Below are positions 21,577 to 30,877 of a stretch of DNA of 64,000 nucleotides, one piece after another; position 1 is the first letter of the stretch, and every line of letters begins with the position of its first letter. Where the stretch lies: NCBI GenBank assembly GCA_026388185.1, contig JAPLKG010000014.1, forward strand, positions 276,319 through 340,318. Reading direction: 5' to 3'. The stretch is from Candidatus Eiseniibacteriota bacterium. GTDB lineage: Bacteria > Eisenbacteria > RBG-16-71-46 > JAFGJU01. Under the pieces are notes generated by a model. The model was not told the DNA's origin. It made no database searches and saw nothing but the letters and a program-made list of their open reading frames with translations. The position numbers and the translations under genes are program-made.

Positions 21577-23283
21577 GTGATTCTCGTGGGCACGGTGGCA
21601 AGATCGGTCGACGCGAGACAACCCTCTCGGAGGCATCGCGTTGCATCTATCGTTCACTACGAACAGGCCTTTTTCATCCGGCAGATTATCGCCGCATCCG
21701 TTCCGGCAGTCAGCCTTGTCGTGAGGCATTCTTTCCCCAACTTGATGTTTGCCTTCTACGTCGTCATTGCCGTCACGTGTCTCAATCTCTTCTACTACTG
21801 GCTCACCGTGACCGGGAGATTCCGTTCTTCCTTCAAATGGGTTCAGATCGGCATCGACATGTTTCTTTGGACGCTCCTCATACACGTTACCGGCGGGAAA
21901 GACAGCGTTTTCTTCTTTCTCTATCCGCTCGAGATACTGGTGGCGGCTTTCACGCTCTCCGCGTCAGGCTGCGCGTACGGCGCCACGCTTGCGGGTGTTT
22001 TCTACACTATCGATGTAGGTTTTCTCGGCTCACATGCGGACCTGGGAGGCACCCACATCGTCAGACTCTTTTTCCTCTCGGCAATCGCAGCCATATCCGT
22101 CCTCGTAGTCAGAAAACTCGAAAAGAAGACGGTCGAGGTGGAAAGGCTCAGCGAGATGTTGCGCGAGCGGGCCGAAAGCGCAGAGACAAGCCTGGGTGCA
22201 GTTCTCGACACCGTGGGCGACGGCCTCCTGATACTGGATGAAAAAGGTGGGTTGCTCTCCGTAAACGGCCCGTTCGCGAGAATGTGTGAAATTGCAGACG
22301 GAAGGCTGCCTGGAGAAGCGGCGCGCGGAACACCATTCTACAACGTCAAGGCTCGATTGCTGGAATTGCTGAGCGGGGGAGCCGAAGATGAGACGGTAGA
22401 GATTACTTTTCCACAGGAATCCGGGCGCCCACGAGGGTTCCACCTTAAAACCAAGGTGTTCAAGCGGCACGGTGAAAGATGCATCATGGCGATCGCTTCG
22501 GATGGCGTTCTCGAAAGCGAGAGGAACGACGCGCTATTTCACAACGGTGATGCCGGCGAGACGGATTCGCTTCCGGGCGTTGGCGAGACAGCCCTCGTCA
22601 TAGCTCACGAAGTCAGAAATTCCTTGACCTGCATCATGGGGTTGCTGTCGCTGCTCAACGAGGATTTGTCAGGGAAAGCGGAATCCGTTGGATTGCTCAG
22701 GAAGGCCGTGGGTGCGGCCGAAGACTTGAACTTATTCGTGTCCGATCTCCTTGTCTACTCACAACGCGTCGAACCGCGATTAGAGAAAACAGATCTTGTG
22801 AGCCTCCTGAATTCGGTGATCGAGTTGGTCTCAGGCAAGCTCGATGGCACTAAGAACGTGAGACTTACAAGAGAGTTTTCTGTGAGTCGGCTTGAAGCTG
22901 AAGTGGACCCCAGATACATGCAACGCGTGATCATAAATCTATTTCTCAATGCATATCAGGCGGTGAACGAGGAAGGCAGTGTGTGCATTCTCTTGCGCGA
23001 GGAGGATGGGAACGCCGTGATAGAGGTGAAAGATGACGGATGCGGGATATCGAGCGAACACATCGACAAGATATTTGAACCATTTTTCACCGCGAAGGGT
23101 AAGGGTAGCGGACTCGGACTCGCGATTGCGAAAAGGCTCGTCGAGGCGCATCGAGGCAACATTAGCGCGATCAGTAACCCGGAGGTGGGAAGCACGTTGA
23201 CCGTTCGGGTTCCGGCCGCGCGACATGATGCCGAGGTACGCGAGAGAACGAACGAACTCTTGTGCGAGACAACCAAGGTCTGA
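21577..23283 (+). CDS. Sensor histidine kinase with multi-TM N-domain, PAS-like region, HisKA and HATPase_c
   Basis: 6 predicted TM helices. H-box IAHEVRNSLTCIMG. N, G1 and G2 boxes (NLFLNAYQA, DDGCGI, GKGSGLGLAI). Confidence 0.8.
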   Translation: MILVGTVARSVDARQPSRRHRVASIVHYEQAFFIRQIIAASVPAVSLVVRHSFPNLMFAFYVVIAVTCLNLFYYWLTVTGRFRSSFKWVQIGIDMFLWTLLIHVTGGKDSVFFFLYPLEILVAAFTLSASGCAYGATLAGVFYTIDVGFLGSHADLGGTHIVRLFFLSAIAAISVLVVRKLEKKTVEVERLSEMLRERAESAETSLGAVLDTVGDGLLILDEKGGLLSVNGPFARMCEIADGRLPGEAARGTPFYNVKARLLELLSGGAEDETVEITFPQESGRPRGFHLKTKVFKRHGERCIMAIASDGVLESERNDALFHNGDAGETDSLPGVGETALVIAHEVRNSLTCIMGLLSLLNEDLSGKAESVGLLRKAVGAAEDLNLFVSDLLVYSQRVEPRLEKTDLVSLLNSVIELVSGKLDGTKNVRLTREFSVSRLEAEVDPRYMQRVIINLFLNAYQAVNEEGSVCILLREEDGNAVIEVKDDGCGISSEHIDKIFEPFFTAKGKGSGLGLAIAKRLVEAHRGNISAISNPEVGSTLTVRVPAARHDAEVRERTNELLCETTKV

Positions 23284-23312
23284 AGCTTTTCGTTTGGAGT
23301 GGCCGACAGAGG

Positions 23313-24698
23313 ATGAAAGATGTTCTTCTCGTAGATGACGATCGCCGCATTCTCGAGACGATTGGTGAGATCTTAGAACGTAAAGCGCTCAGCTTTGAGG
23401 CCGCAACGAGCGTAGAGGAGGCGTTGTCTACACTCGGCGGCGAGACTTTCCGGGTCGTGCTCACAGACGTGAAAATGCCGGGTCAGGATGGGCATTCGCT
23501 CCTCCGCGAGATCAAATCGCTCTATCCCGACACGGAGGTGGTACTTCTCACCGGTTTCGGCAGCGTCGAAGGTGCCGTCAGTGCCTTGAAGGAGGGAGCG
23601 TACGACTACATTCTCAAGCCTTTTGAGCGGGAGGCGCTTGAAGGTCTCGTTGGGCGTGCGCTTGAGAAGTCTCGCCTCGTGAGCGAAACGAGGGAGCTGC
23701 GTAAGCTTCTTTCGGAGAGGTATCGGTTTCACAACGTAATCACGAGGGACGAGCGCTTGCTGAAAGCACTTGACCTTCTGGAGACGGTTTCGGATTTCAA
23801 TGCCACAATCATGATTACGGGCGAGACCGGGACGGGCAAAGAACTCATTGCGAAATCGGCTCATTTCAACGGCAACCGCAAGAACAGACCCTTTGTGAAA
23901 GTCAATTGCTCTGCAATCCCAGAGGGGCTGCTTGAAAGCGAGCTCTTCGGGCACGAGAAGGGAGCGTTCACTCACGCAACCGCACGCAGGATCGGCAAGT
24001 TCGAGCACGCAGACGGAGGAACCATCTTCCTTGATGAATGCGCCGACATCCCGAGGGCGATCCAGGTCAAGCTGTTGAGGGTCCTAGAACAGAAAGAGTT
24101 CGAGAGAGTCGGCAGCAACGAGACCGTTCACGTTGACGTGCGAGTCATTGCCGCGACGAATTCCGATCCCTGCCTGGCCATGGCCGAAGGGAGAATTCGA
24201 GAGGACCTTTTCCACAGACTCAACGTGATTCCGATCAGCATTCCCCCTCTGCGCGAGAGAAAGTGTGACATCCCCTTGCTGGTCGAGCACTTTCTTGATA
24301 AGTTCGGTGGTTCCAGACAAAGGACTCTTCGAGTGTCCCCGGAGGCGATGCGGACTCTCGTCGAGCATGATTGGCCGGGCAACGTTCGAGAGCTGGAGAA
24401 CCTGATCGAGAGGCTCTCCATCATCGTGAAGGGCCCGCTTGTGAGGCCTTCCGATCTGCCGGAACAAGGCAGAAGCCAAAAATGCGTATCCGGCGGCAGT
24501 GCTCCAGGTGGATCGCGTCCTCTCCGGGACGTCGAGAAAGAACACATTCTTAAGACCCTCCAACAATGCCGCGGCAACGTCGCCAAGACCGCAAGATTGC
24601 TCGGCATTGACCGCACCACCCTTGCCCGTCGCTTGAAGAAATATGGCGTCGGTGAAAAATCCAGCCGCAAGACGCACCCGCAACAATTTCACGAATGA
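23313..24698 (+). CDS. Sigma54-dependent response regulator (NtrC family: REC + AAA sigma54-interaction + Fis HTH) with variant GAFTHA loop
   Basis: LLVDDD..D..MPG REC. Walker A GETGTGKE, ESELFGHEKGAFTHA, C-terminal HTH LGIDRTTLARRLKKYG. Confidence 0.85.
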   Translation: MKDVLLVDDDRRILETIGEILERKALSFEAATSVEEALSTLGGETFRVVLTDVKMPGQDGHSLLREIKSLYPDTEVVLLTGFGSVEGAVSALKEGAYDYILKPFEREALEGLVGRALEKSRLVSETRELRKLLSERYRFHNVITRDERLLKALDLLETVSDFNATIMITGETGTGKELIAKSAHFNGNRKNRPFVKVNCSAIPEGLLESELFGHEKGAFTHATARRIGKFEHADGGTIFLDECADIPRAIQVKLLRVLEQKEFERVGSNETVHVDVRVIAATNSDPCLAMAEGRIREDLFHRLNVIPISIPPLRERKCDIPLLVEHFLDKFGGSRQRTLRVSPEAMRTLVEHDWPGNVRELENLIERLSIIVKGPLVRPSDLPEQGRSQKCVSGGSAPGGSRPLRDVEKEHILKTLQQCRGNVAKTARLLGIDRTTLARRLKKYGVGEKSSRKTHPQQFHE

Positions 24699-24935
24699 AA
24701 GAGGCGTGAGACCTCCGTGGACCGCGCAAGGACCCGCCTTGCATTGAGGCAGGTTGCACATGTGCGGCCTAATGCATCACGTGCCCCAGTCCGTCGTTTC
24801 CCGCCATGTTCCGCTCACAAGTTCCTGAAGACTGATGTGAAGTGCCTCAGTGTCTGTAGGGAGGATCACGTCTTTAGGACATCCACACATGCCGCAATCG
24901 CTTGTCTGGCAAGCAAATGAGGCCTTTCACGTGAG

Positions 24936-24952
24936 GCGGCACGCATCTTGCC
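24936..24952 (+). promoter_or_regulatory. Candidate sigma54 (-24/-12) promoter cGGCACGcatcTTGCc
   Basis: GG and GC elements at the consensus 10-nt spacing (TGGCACG-N4-TTGC), 1 mismatch. About 280 nt upstream of the IPTL-CTERM-like gene and downstream of the sigma54 activator. Confidence 0.35.
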
Positions 24953-25231
24953 CTGCTTCTAAGTGCTAGTTCATTCACGGGTAATGTCGCTTGATGGTCT
25001 GTTGTGGGCGGCGATGGTGCCCGAAGTGACGCGAGGGGCGCTTTTGCGTCTGTGTGAGAAGCCGGAGTTCTTGGGGGGGTGATGCCCGGAAGCGTGGGAT
25101 TGAGGATTGGGTGGTCGTGACGAGGGGTTGAGGCGGTGCCGCAATGGTTTCTAATTTCGCGTGTTGTGTCGGATGGCGCGTCATGACTTGCGCGTGACGT
25201 CGTGAGCTCGTCCGAGGGAAGGAGGCAGGAA

Positions 25232-25738
25232 ATGAAGAAGGTTCTCGCTCTATTTTTGTTGGGAAGCGTACTGTTGTTGGTTCAGGTCTATGCAGTCAGT
25301 GCCGGGACAGCCTTGTCGGACAGGACGATTTCCATTGAATGCAGCCCAACTTTCAGTGTCCCTCAGTCGCCGATCACGTTCGGCGATGACACGAATGTTA
25401 CGTGGGAGGTCAGCGCCGACTGCACGACAACCGCAGACAGCGTCAGGATCGTCTTTGGGGTCGATAACCCGTGGTCTGCGACTCAGGCTGAGACGTTTAC
25501 AACATTCCCGGACACCCTTGTCACCTCTCCTCCTACCACAAGGGAGGGTGACTTCTTATACAAGGTCATCCGGTACAAGAACGGCAGTCCCGTTGACACA
25601 CTTACAGCCAGGGTGATATGCGCAGGTCGAGGTCCAGGCTTGCCTTCGCTGAGCACCTGGGCTGTACTCATTCTGGTCCTTGCAGTGATTGCAGTGTCAA
25701 TTGCCTTCTTGAGGCGGCGAAAGATAGTCGTTACGTAG
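25232..25738 (+). CDS. Small secreted protein with IPTL-CTERM-like C-terminal sorting signal (LPSLSTW + TM helix + RRRK)
   Basis: GGAGG RBS, signal peptide MKKVLALFLLGSVLLLVQVYA. C-terminus GPGLPSLSTWAVLILVLAVIAVSIAFLRRRKIVVT has the tripartite motif/TM/basic architecture. Confidence 0.5.
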   Translation: MKKVLALFLLGSVLLLVQVYAVSAGTALSDRTISIECSPTFSVPQSPITFGDDTNVTWEVSADCTTTADSVRIVFGVDNPWSATQAETFTTFPDTLVTSPPTTREGDFLYKVIRYKNGSPVDTLTARVICAGRGPGLPSLSTWAVLILVLAVIAVSIAFLRRRKIVVT

Positions 25739-25808
25739 CACCTCGGTGTTGGATTGGGCCGGCAACATCACTGTGCCGGCCCACAATACGCGGTCAATCT
25801 TGATAAGA

Positions 25809-25852
25809 ACCGCCCCTGCCTCCATGCGAGGCCGGGGCGGCTTCTTTGTTTC
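25809..25852 (+). terminator. Rho-independent terminator (GC stem CCGCCCCUGCC...GGCCGGGGCGG followed by CUUCUUUGUUU)
   Basis: Perfect GC-rich inverted repeat followed by a T-tract, 70 nt after the stop of the 25232-25738 gene. Confidence 0.6.
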
Positions 25853-25983
25853 AACTCCTCTCTTCTTGTTGACCACCGCGGGGCGAAGTGTTATAGTCGA
25901 CCGTTATCCTTCTGTGCGAACTGAAGTTAGACGGCGGAATCCCCCAGTTCCTTTTCCGAGTGTCTCACCGAAAGGAGTCTCTC

Positions 25984-26946
25984 ATGAAGCTCAAGGAGTT
26001 CTACAACAAGTGCGTTGAGGCTGGAATTGCGGGGGACCGGAGAGGGAAGGCTTTCATAACAAGCCTTCTCAAGGAAGAGAAGAAGAGATACGACAAGCTC
26101 GAGGGTTTTGACAAAGAGTGCTACGACGTCGAGCGGCTTCACAATCCCTACACGGACTGCCGAATTCTCTACGGCGATCTAAACACACAAATCAAGTGCA
26201 TGATGGTCGGCATAGATGCTCACGCGGACGAGCTGCTTCTGGCCAACGAACTGCGCAGACGCGGGAAGCAGATCGATGCCGTCTTGACGCATCATCCTGC
26301 CGGATTTGCAGTGAAGCGTCTTCCCGAGGTGATGGACATACAAACCGAGCAGTGGATTGCCTTTGGCGTACCGACGCATCTTGCCGAGGCCATGATCGAA
26401 GAGAAAAAAACGTGGGCCGTCAGACAGTTCCACGTCAGGAACACGGACGCACCGGTAGACATCGCTCGTATTCTTGACATTCCGTTCATGGCCACACATA
26501 CTCCGGCCGACAACTGGGCCGCGGGCTATCTGCAGAAGAAAGTTGACAAGGCAAAGCCCAGGACCGTCGGCGATCTCATCGATCTGCTTCGTGAAGTTTC
26601 CGAATATCGCTACCATGCCAGCCTACAGGCAGGGCCGACGCTGAGTTGCGGTGGCAAGGAGAGTCGCGCCGGGAAAGTGTATGTTGATATGACTGGCGGG
26701 ATCATGGCCGGCAAGGGCTATCTTCCCGAATTGTCCAAGCGCGGCATCAGCACGTTGGTTGTCATGCACATCCCGGATGACGCGCTCGACAAGGCCAAGG
26801 AAGAGAAACTGAACATCATCGTGGCCGGTCACATAGCGAGCGACACGCTCGGTATGAACCTTCTTCTCGACCGCGCGCTGTCGAAAGGTGTCGAGATCGT
26901 AGAATGCGCAGGGTTCAAGAGATTTCCGCGAGCCGTGGAGAAATAA
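25984..26946 (+). CDS. Nif3-family (YqfO/YbgI-like) dinuclear metal centre protein
   Basis: DAVLTHHP, MATHTPADN, IVAGHIASD conserved His motifs. RBS AAAGGAG 7 nt before ATG 25984. Confidence 0.55.
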   Translation: MKLKEFYNKCVEAGIAGDRRGKAFITSLLKEEKKRYDKLEGFDKECYDVERLHNPYTDCRILYGDLNTQIKCMMVGIDAHADELLLANELRRRGKQIDAVLTHHPAGFAVKRLPEVMDIQTEQWIAFGVPTHLAEAMIEEKKTWAVRQFHVRNTDAPVDIARILDIPFMATHTPADNWAAGYLQKKVDKAKPRTVGDLIDLLREVSEYRYHASLQAGPTLSCGGKESRAGKVYVDMTGGIMAGKGYLPELSKRGISTLVVMHIPDDALDKAKEEKLNIIVAGHIASDTLGMNLLLDRALSKGVEIVECAGFKRFPRAVEK

Positions 26947-27022
26947 CGGATCACCGGACCTACTAGGCCCTAAGGTCGGCAGTCGGAATCGGCGCGGGAG
27001 CCGAGGAGGGTGGAAAGAACCC

Positions 27023-28792
27023 ATGTTCAGGGTTGCGCTGGCTCAGGTCAATCTCTGTGTCGGTGATCTCGAAGGGAACAAGCGCAAAATCATAGAGTAC
27101 ATTCACAGGGCCAGAGACGGGCAATCCGACCTCGTTGCCTTCCCCGAGCTCTCCATCACCGGTTATCCGCCCGAAGACCTTCTCCTGCAGCCCAGCTTTG
27201 TGAGAGACAGTCAAGAGGCGCTTGCGGCAATCGTACGCGAGACAAAAGGAATAATCGCCGTCGTAGGCTTTCCGTACGCAGAGGCGCACGACGGAAGTAC
27301 ACTCTACAACGCAGCAGTAATCGCGAGAGACGGGAGTCTCGTTTCTGTCTACAGGAAGATGCTGCTGCCGAACTATGGCGTGTTTGATGAGAAGCGCTAT
27401 TTCACCGCGGGTCATTCGCCCACCACTTACGAAATAGGCAGACTTCGCTTTGCCGTTAACATCTGCGAAGACATCTGGAGACCGGAGGTCTCGAGCGAAC
27501 AAGCCACTCGAGGCGGTGCGCATGTTATCGTCAACATTTCCTCGTCTCCGTACCGTGTCGGCAAGGGAGTGGAGCGACAGAGCATGCTCTCAGACCGCGC
27601 CCGCGAGAACAACGCGGCAGTCTGCCTGGTGAACCTCGTCGGCGGGCAGGACGAACTTGTCTTCGACGGTGAGAGTCTTGTTTTCTCGTCCGGCGGGAAT
27701 CTTCTCGCTCGTGCTCCGCAGTTCGAAGAGGCCCTGCTGGTGGCGGACATCGACGTCGACGAAATCGCTCGGACGCGCCAAGCCGGAAGAGGCGGCGCTA
27801 CCCGCGACAGTACTCGCGAAACGACCGGGCAAGAGGCCGAGGCCCTTACGGCTGCAACAGTCAAGTTGGGTGACTGGAAAGAGCCCGTCCCGCGAGAGCC
27901 CATCAAGTCAACAATCACGCGCAGGCTCAATCACGTCGAGGAAATACACCGCGCACTCGTCCTCGGCACACGCGACTACGTCAGGAAGAACGGGTTCGAG
28001 AAAGTCGCCATCGGGTTGAGCGGTGGAATCGATTCCGCCCTCGTTGCGGTCATAGCCGCAGACGCACTTGGTCGCGAGAATGTGATCGGAGTCATGATGC
28101 CGTCGGGCTTCACTTCGGCGCAGAGCGTGAACGACGCCGAAGACTTGGCGCGAAGGCTCGGCATCAAGACCGTTACGATCCCAATTGAGGAAATCTTCTG
28201 CGCGTATCTGAGCACGCTCAAGACTGCTTTTGAGGGCAGGAGCCAGGACATTACGGAAGAAAACGTGCAGGCGAGAATCCGGGGCAACGTCTTGATGGCC
28301 CTTTCCAACAAGTTCGGTTGGCTCGTGCTCACCACGGGTAACAAGAGCGAGATAGCGGTGGGCTATTCGACTCTCTACGGGGACACGGCCGGAGGTTTTG
28401 CCGTCGTCAAGGACGTACCAAAAACTCTCATCTACGAGCTTGCGAGATTCAGGAACTCACTGCCCGCAGGTCCGGTGATACCGGAGTCGATTCTGACCAA
28501 GGCGCCGTCCGCAGAGTTGAGGACCGATCAGAAGGACACGGACTCGCTCCCGGCTTACAGCGTCCTGGACCCAATCATAGAGGCATACGTCGAGCAGGAC
28601 AAAAGCCGAGACGAAATCGTCAATCAAGGGTTTGACGAGAACGTGGTTGACCGGGTGATATCAATGGTGGAGAAAAGCGAGTACAAACGTAGACAGGCGC
28701 CACCTGGAGTCAAGATCACGCCGAAGGCGTTCGGCAGAGACAGGCGAATGCCGATCACAAATTTCTACAACATGACACGAAAGAAACGCTGA
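27023..28792 (+). CDS. nadE: Glutamine-dependent NAD+ synthetase (CN-hydrolase + NAD synthetase domains)
   Basis: N-terminal nitrilase fold (FPELSITGYPPEDL, NICEDIW) and PP-loop GLSGGIDSALVAVIA. Confidence 0.9.
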   Translation: MFRVALAQVNLCVGDLEGNKRKIIEYIHRARDGQSDLVAFPELSITGYPPEDLLLQPSFVRDSQEALAAIVRETKGIIAVVGFPYAEAHDGSTLYNAAVIARDGSLVSVYRKMLLPNYGVFDEKRYFTAGHSPTTYEIGRLRFAVNICEDIWRPEVSSEQATRGGAHVIVNISSSPYRVGKGVERQSMLSDRARENNAAVCLVNLVGGQDELVFDGESLVFSSGGNLLARAPQFEEALLVADIDVDEIARTRQAGRGGATRDSTRETTGQEAEALTAATVKLGDWKEPVPREPIKSTITRRLNHVEEIHRALVLGTRDYVRKNGFEKVAIGLSGGIDSALVAVIAADALGRENVIGVMMPSGFTSAQSVNDAEDLARRLGIKTVTIPIEEIFCAYLSTLKTAFEGRSQDITEENVQARIRGNVLMALSNKFGWLVLTTGNKSEIAVGYSTLYGDTAGGFAVVKDVPKTLIYELARFRNSLPAGPVIPESILTKAPSAELRTDQKDTDSLPAYSVLDPIIEAYVEQDKSRDEIVNQGFDENVVDRVISMVEKSEYKRRQAPPGVKITPKAFGRDRRMPITNFYNMTRKKR

Positions 28793-28841
28793 AAGCCGAC
28801 CGGCTCTGCGGCTTGGGTGAGACGCTGCGCGGCGACTTCTC

Positions 28842-29411
28842 TCAGAGAGACGTCGGCTCGCCGGCTTCTGTTTGCGGACCTGAATGACCGGTACGACCCA
28901 GTTGTTTCCTTATCTTGGCTTCGTTGCGCGAATATCTCTCGTACAACTCGGTCGGTAGAAAACGGGCGATTACGCGTGACACGTTCATGATACGCGGCGT
29001 GAGTTTCGACGCGATCATTGGTTCGGTGGGTTTGTCCGTGCAGACTATAAACAGCGCAAACAGGACAGCTATCAGAAGCACAAACCTCGCCAGACCGAAT
29101 ACGCCTCCGACCAACCTGTCGAACCATCCCACGTGTATCGCAGAGATGGCAGCCCTGGAAGCGAGGCCTATCAGCTTGAACAGCAGGATCACGATGGCAA
29201 GAATGACAACAAAAGAGATCACCGTGAGAGCCACGGGGTGCTGAATCCACTTGCTAAGATATCTGGCTAGCAGCTCGTGATACCTAAAGGCTATGATGAT
29301 GGCCAGGACGAGACCCATGAGAGAAAACGCCTGTCGCACGAATCCCTTGACGAGACCCTGGATCATGCCGGCGATGAGGATAACTAGTATGGTGATATCA
29401 AGCCAGTTCAT
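28842..29411 (-). CDS. cvpA: CvpA family (colicin V production) membrane protein
   Basis: MNWLDITILVILIAGMIQGLVKGFVRQAFSLMGLVLAI 4-TM profile typical of CvpA. Confidence 0.7.
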   Translation of the reverse strand: MNWLDITILVILIAGMIQGLVKGFVRQAFSLMGLVLAIIIAFRYHELLARYLSKWIQHPVALTVISFVVILAIVILLFKLIGLASRAAISAIHVGWFDRLVGGVFGLARFVLLIAVLFALFIVCTDKPTEPMIASKLTPRIMNVSRVIARFLPTELYERYSRNEAKIRKQLGRTGHSGPQTEAGEPTSL

Positions 29412-29621
29412 GACGAGAGTATTGCCCAACGAATCAGAACATGTCAAATGTTTTTTGCCGAAGAACCTGGCCCTGGGGTGCAGTCTGGTTGCGCTCGGAC
29501 GCCTGACTAGGGTCTTCACCGGGATGAGCAAGCCGACTAGTGCATTCTGACGGTCGTTGGCGCATACGGTCCTTCTTATTTGTTACTTCCCATGCTGTTG
29601 TCGTTCCTAATAATTTTTTTC

Positions 29622-29651
29622 TTGACACCTGCACAAATGTGCAGTAAAATG
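29622..29651 (+). promoter_or_regulatory. lexA promoter (TTGACA-18-TAAAAT) with embedded LexA box TGCACAAATGTGCA (Fibrobacteres-type TGCNC-N4-GTGCA palindrome) at 29630-29643
   Basis: Perfect 16-nt palindrome CTGCACAAATGTGCAG lies between consensus -35 and -10 hexamers, 100 nt upstream of lexA. Confidence 0.55.
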
Positions 29652-29750
29652 TCTGCGGAATGTTTGATGTAGGCAAAATCCGAGATACCGATTGAATGTT
29701 CAGTGCAGAAACGAAGGTAGCTAACCGATTGAAAATAAAAGAGGTAGCGT

Positions 29751-30584
29751 ATGGGAATGAAAGATCGAGATCGAGTCAAACTTGAGAGACCAAGAGGCGG
29801 TAGGAAGCTCGGCAAGGGACAAGGTGCGGGTAAAAGAGCGCAGGCTGGCCAAAGAGCAACGGGTTGTCTCGGAGCGAGGGCCGGGAAGATCCTCGATTTT
29901 ATAGTGAATTCTATTCTTGAAAAGGGTTCGCCACCGACGATACGCGAGATAGGAAAAGAGTTCAGGATTTCCTCTACTAATGGAGTGAGATATTACCTCG
30001 GAGTTCTTGAAAAGGCCGGATGCATTAAACGTAAAGGGAAGATATCGAGGGGCATAGAAGTGAAGAGAGAGTGGATTGATTCCGCGAGAGGGGAGTCTTG
30101 GAGATTCGTCCTCGGCCGGGTTCAAGGCGGAAGGATTGACAAGGCGAGGGAAATCAGCCCAAGCAGCCCACTAGGATTACTCAGACCACTAGGATTACCA
30201 GGGCTTGTTGAGGTTCCCCTCGTCGGTAGGGTGGCTGCCGGCACTCCTGTTCTTGCCGAGGAGAACATAGAAGATGTTATAACGGTCGATGGGAGCATCG
30301 CGAAACCCGGGAAACTTTTCGCGCTGAGAGTGCGCGGAGACAGCATGAAGAACGCGGGCCTTCTTGATGGAGACATAGCCATCGTAAGGCAACAACCCCG
30401 CGCCGATTCAGGCGATATTGTAGTCGCGCTTCTTGGAGAAGAGGCCACGGTGAAAAAATACGTCCTCAAAGAAAACGAAGTGATACTTGAGCCGGAGAAC
30501 GAAAGCTATGAACCCATAGTTGTAACGGAAGAAAGTCAATTCAGTTTGGTGGGTAAGGTGATCGGATCGTTGAGAAGGTATTGA
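29751..30584 (+). CDS. lexA: LexA repressor (S24 peptidase) with unusual about 45-aa Lys/Arg/Gly-rich N-terminal extension
   Basis: AAGAGG RBS then ATG. wHTH region PPTIREIGKEFRISSTNGVRYYLGVLEKAG. Cleavage-site region VAAGTPVLAEE. S24 catalytic Ser in RGDSM and Lys in VGKVIGSLRRY. Confidence 0.85.
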   Translation: MGMKDRDRVKLERPRGGRKLGKGQGAGKRAQAGQRATGCLGARAGKILDFIVNSILEKGSPPTIREIGKEFRISSTNGVRYYLGVLEKAGCIKRKGKISRGIEVKREWIDSARGESWRFVLGRVQGGRIDKAREISPSSPLGLLRPLGLPGLVEVPLVGRVAAGTPVLAEENIEDVITVDGSIAKPGKLFALRVRGDSMKNAGLLDGDIAIVRQQPRADSGDIVVALLGEEATVKKYVLKENEVILEPENESYEPIVVTEESQFSLVGKVIGSLRRY

Positions 30585-30597
30585 GCTAAACAAAGTC

Positions 30598-30849
30598 ATG
30601 ATCGAGACAATCAATGAAGCCATAGAGGTTGTGTCTGTTTGTACAAACGGCAAGATGCATCCCCTTCGTTTAAGGTGGAAAGGCAAAGTAGTCAAGGTGA
30701 AGAGAATCACGGGCGAGTGGAGAAAAAACGAGGGAGAAGCAAGGGTCTATTACTATTCGATCCTTGGTGAGAATTCCGACTACTTCGAGATTTGCTACGA
30801 TTCGCGCACGCTAATCTGGACTCTGTGCAGAGTATGGCTTGAGGGATAG
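30598..30849 (+). CDS. Small hypothetical protein (83 aa) between lexA and dinB. Candidate Y-family polymerase accessory factor.
   Basis: ORF with weak RBS. Sits inside an apparently SOS-controlled operon. No motif recognised. Confidence 0.3.
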   Translation: MIETINEAIEVVSVCTNGKMHPLRLRWKGKVVKVKRITGEWRKNEGEARVYYYSILGENSDYFEICYDSRTLIWTLCRVWLEG

Positions 30850-30877
30850 GCGCGTGAAAGAAAGCAGTGGAGAGCGG

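Noticed and set aside
25090-25140. Second sigma54-like site TGGCGCG-N8-TTGCG near 25170
   Set aside because: GG-to-GC spacing is 4 nt too long for a -24/-12 promoter. The site at 24936-24952 fits the consensus much better.
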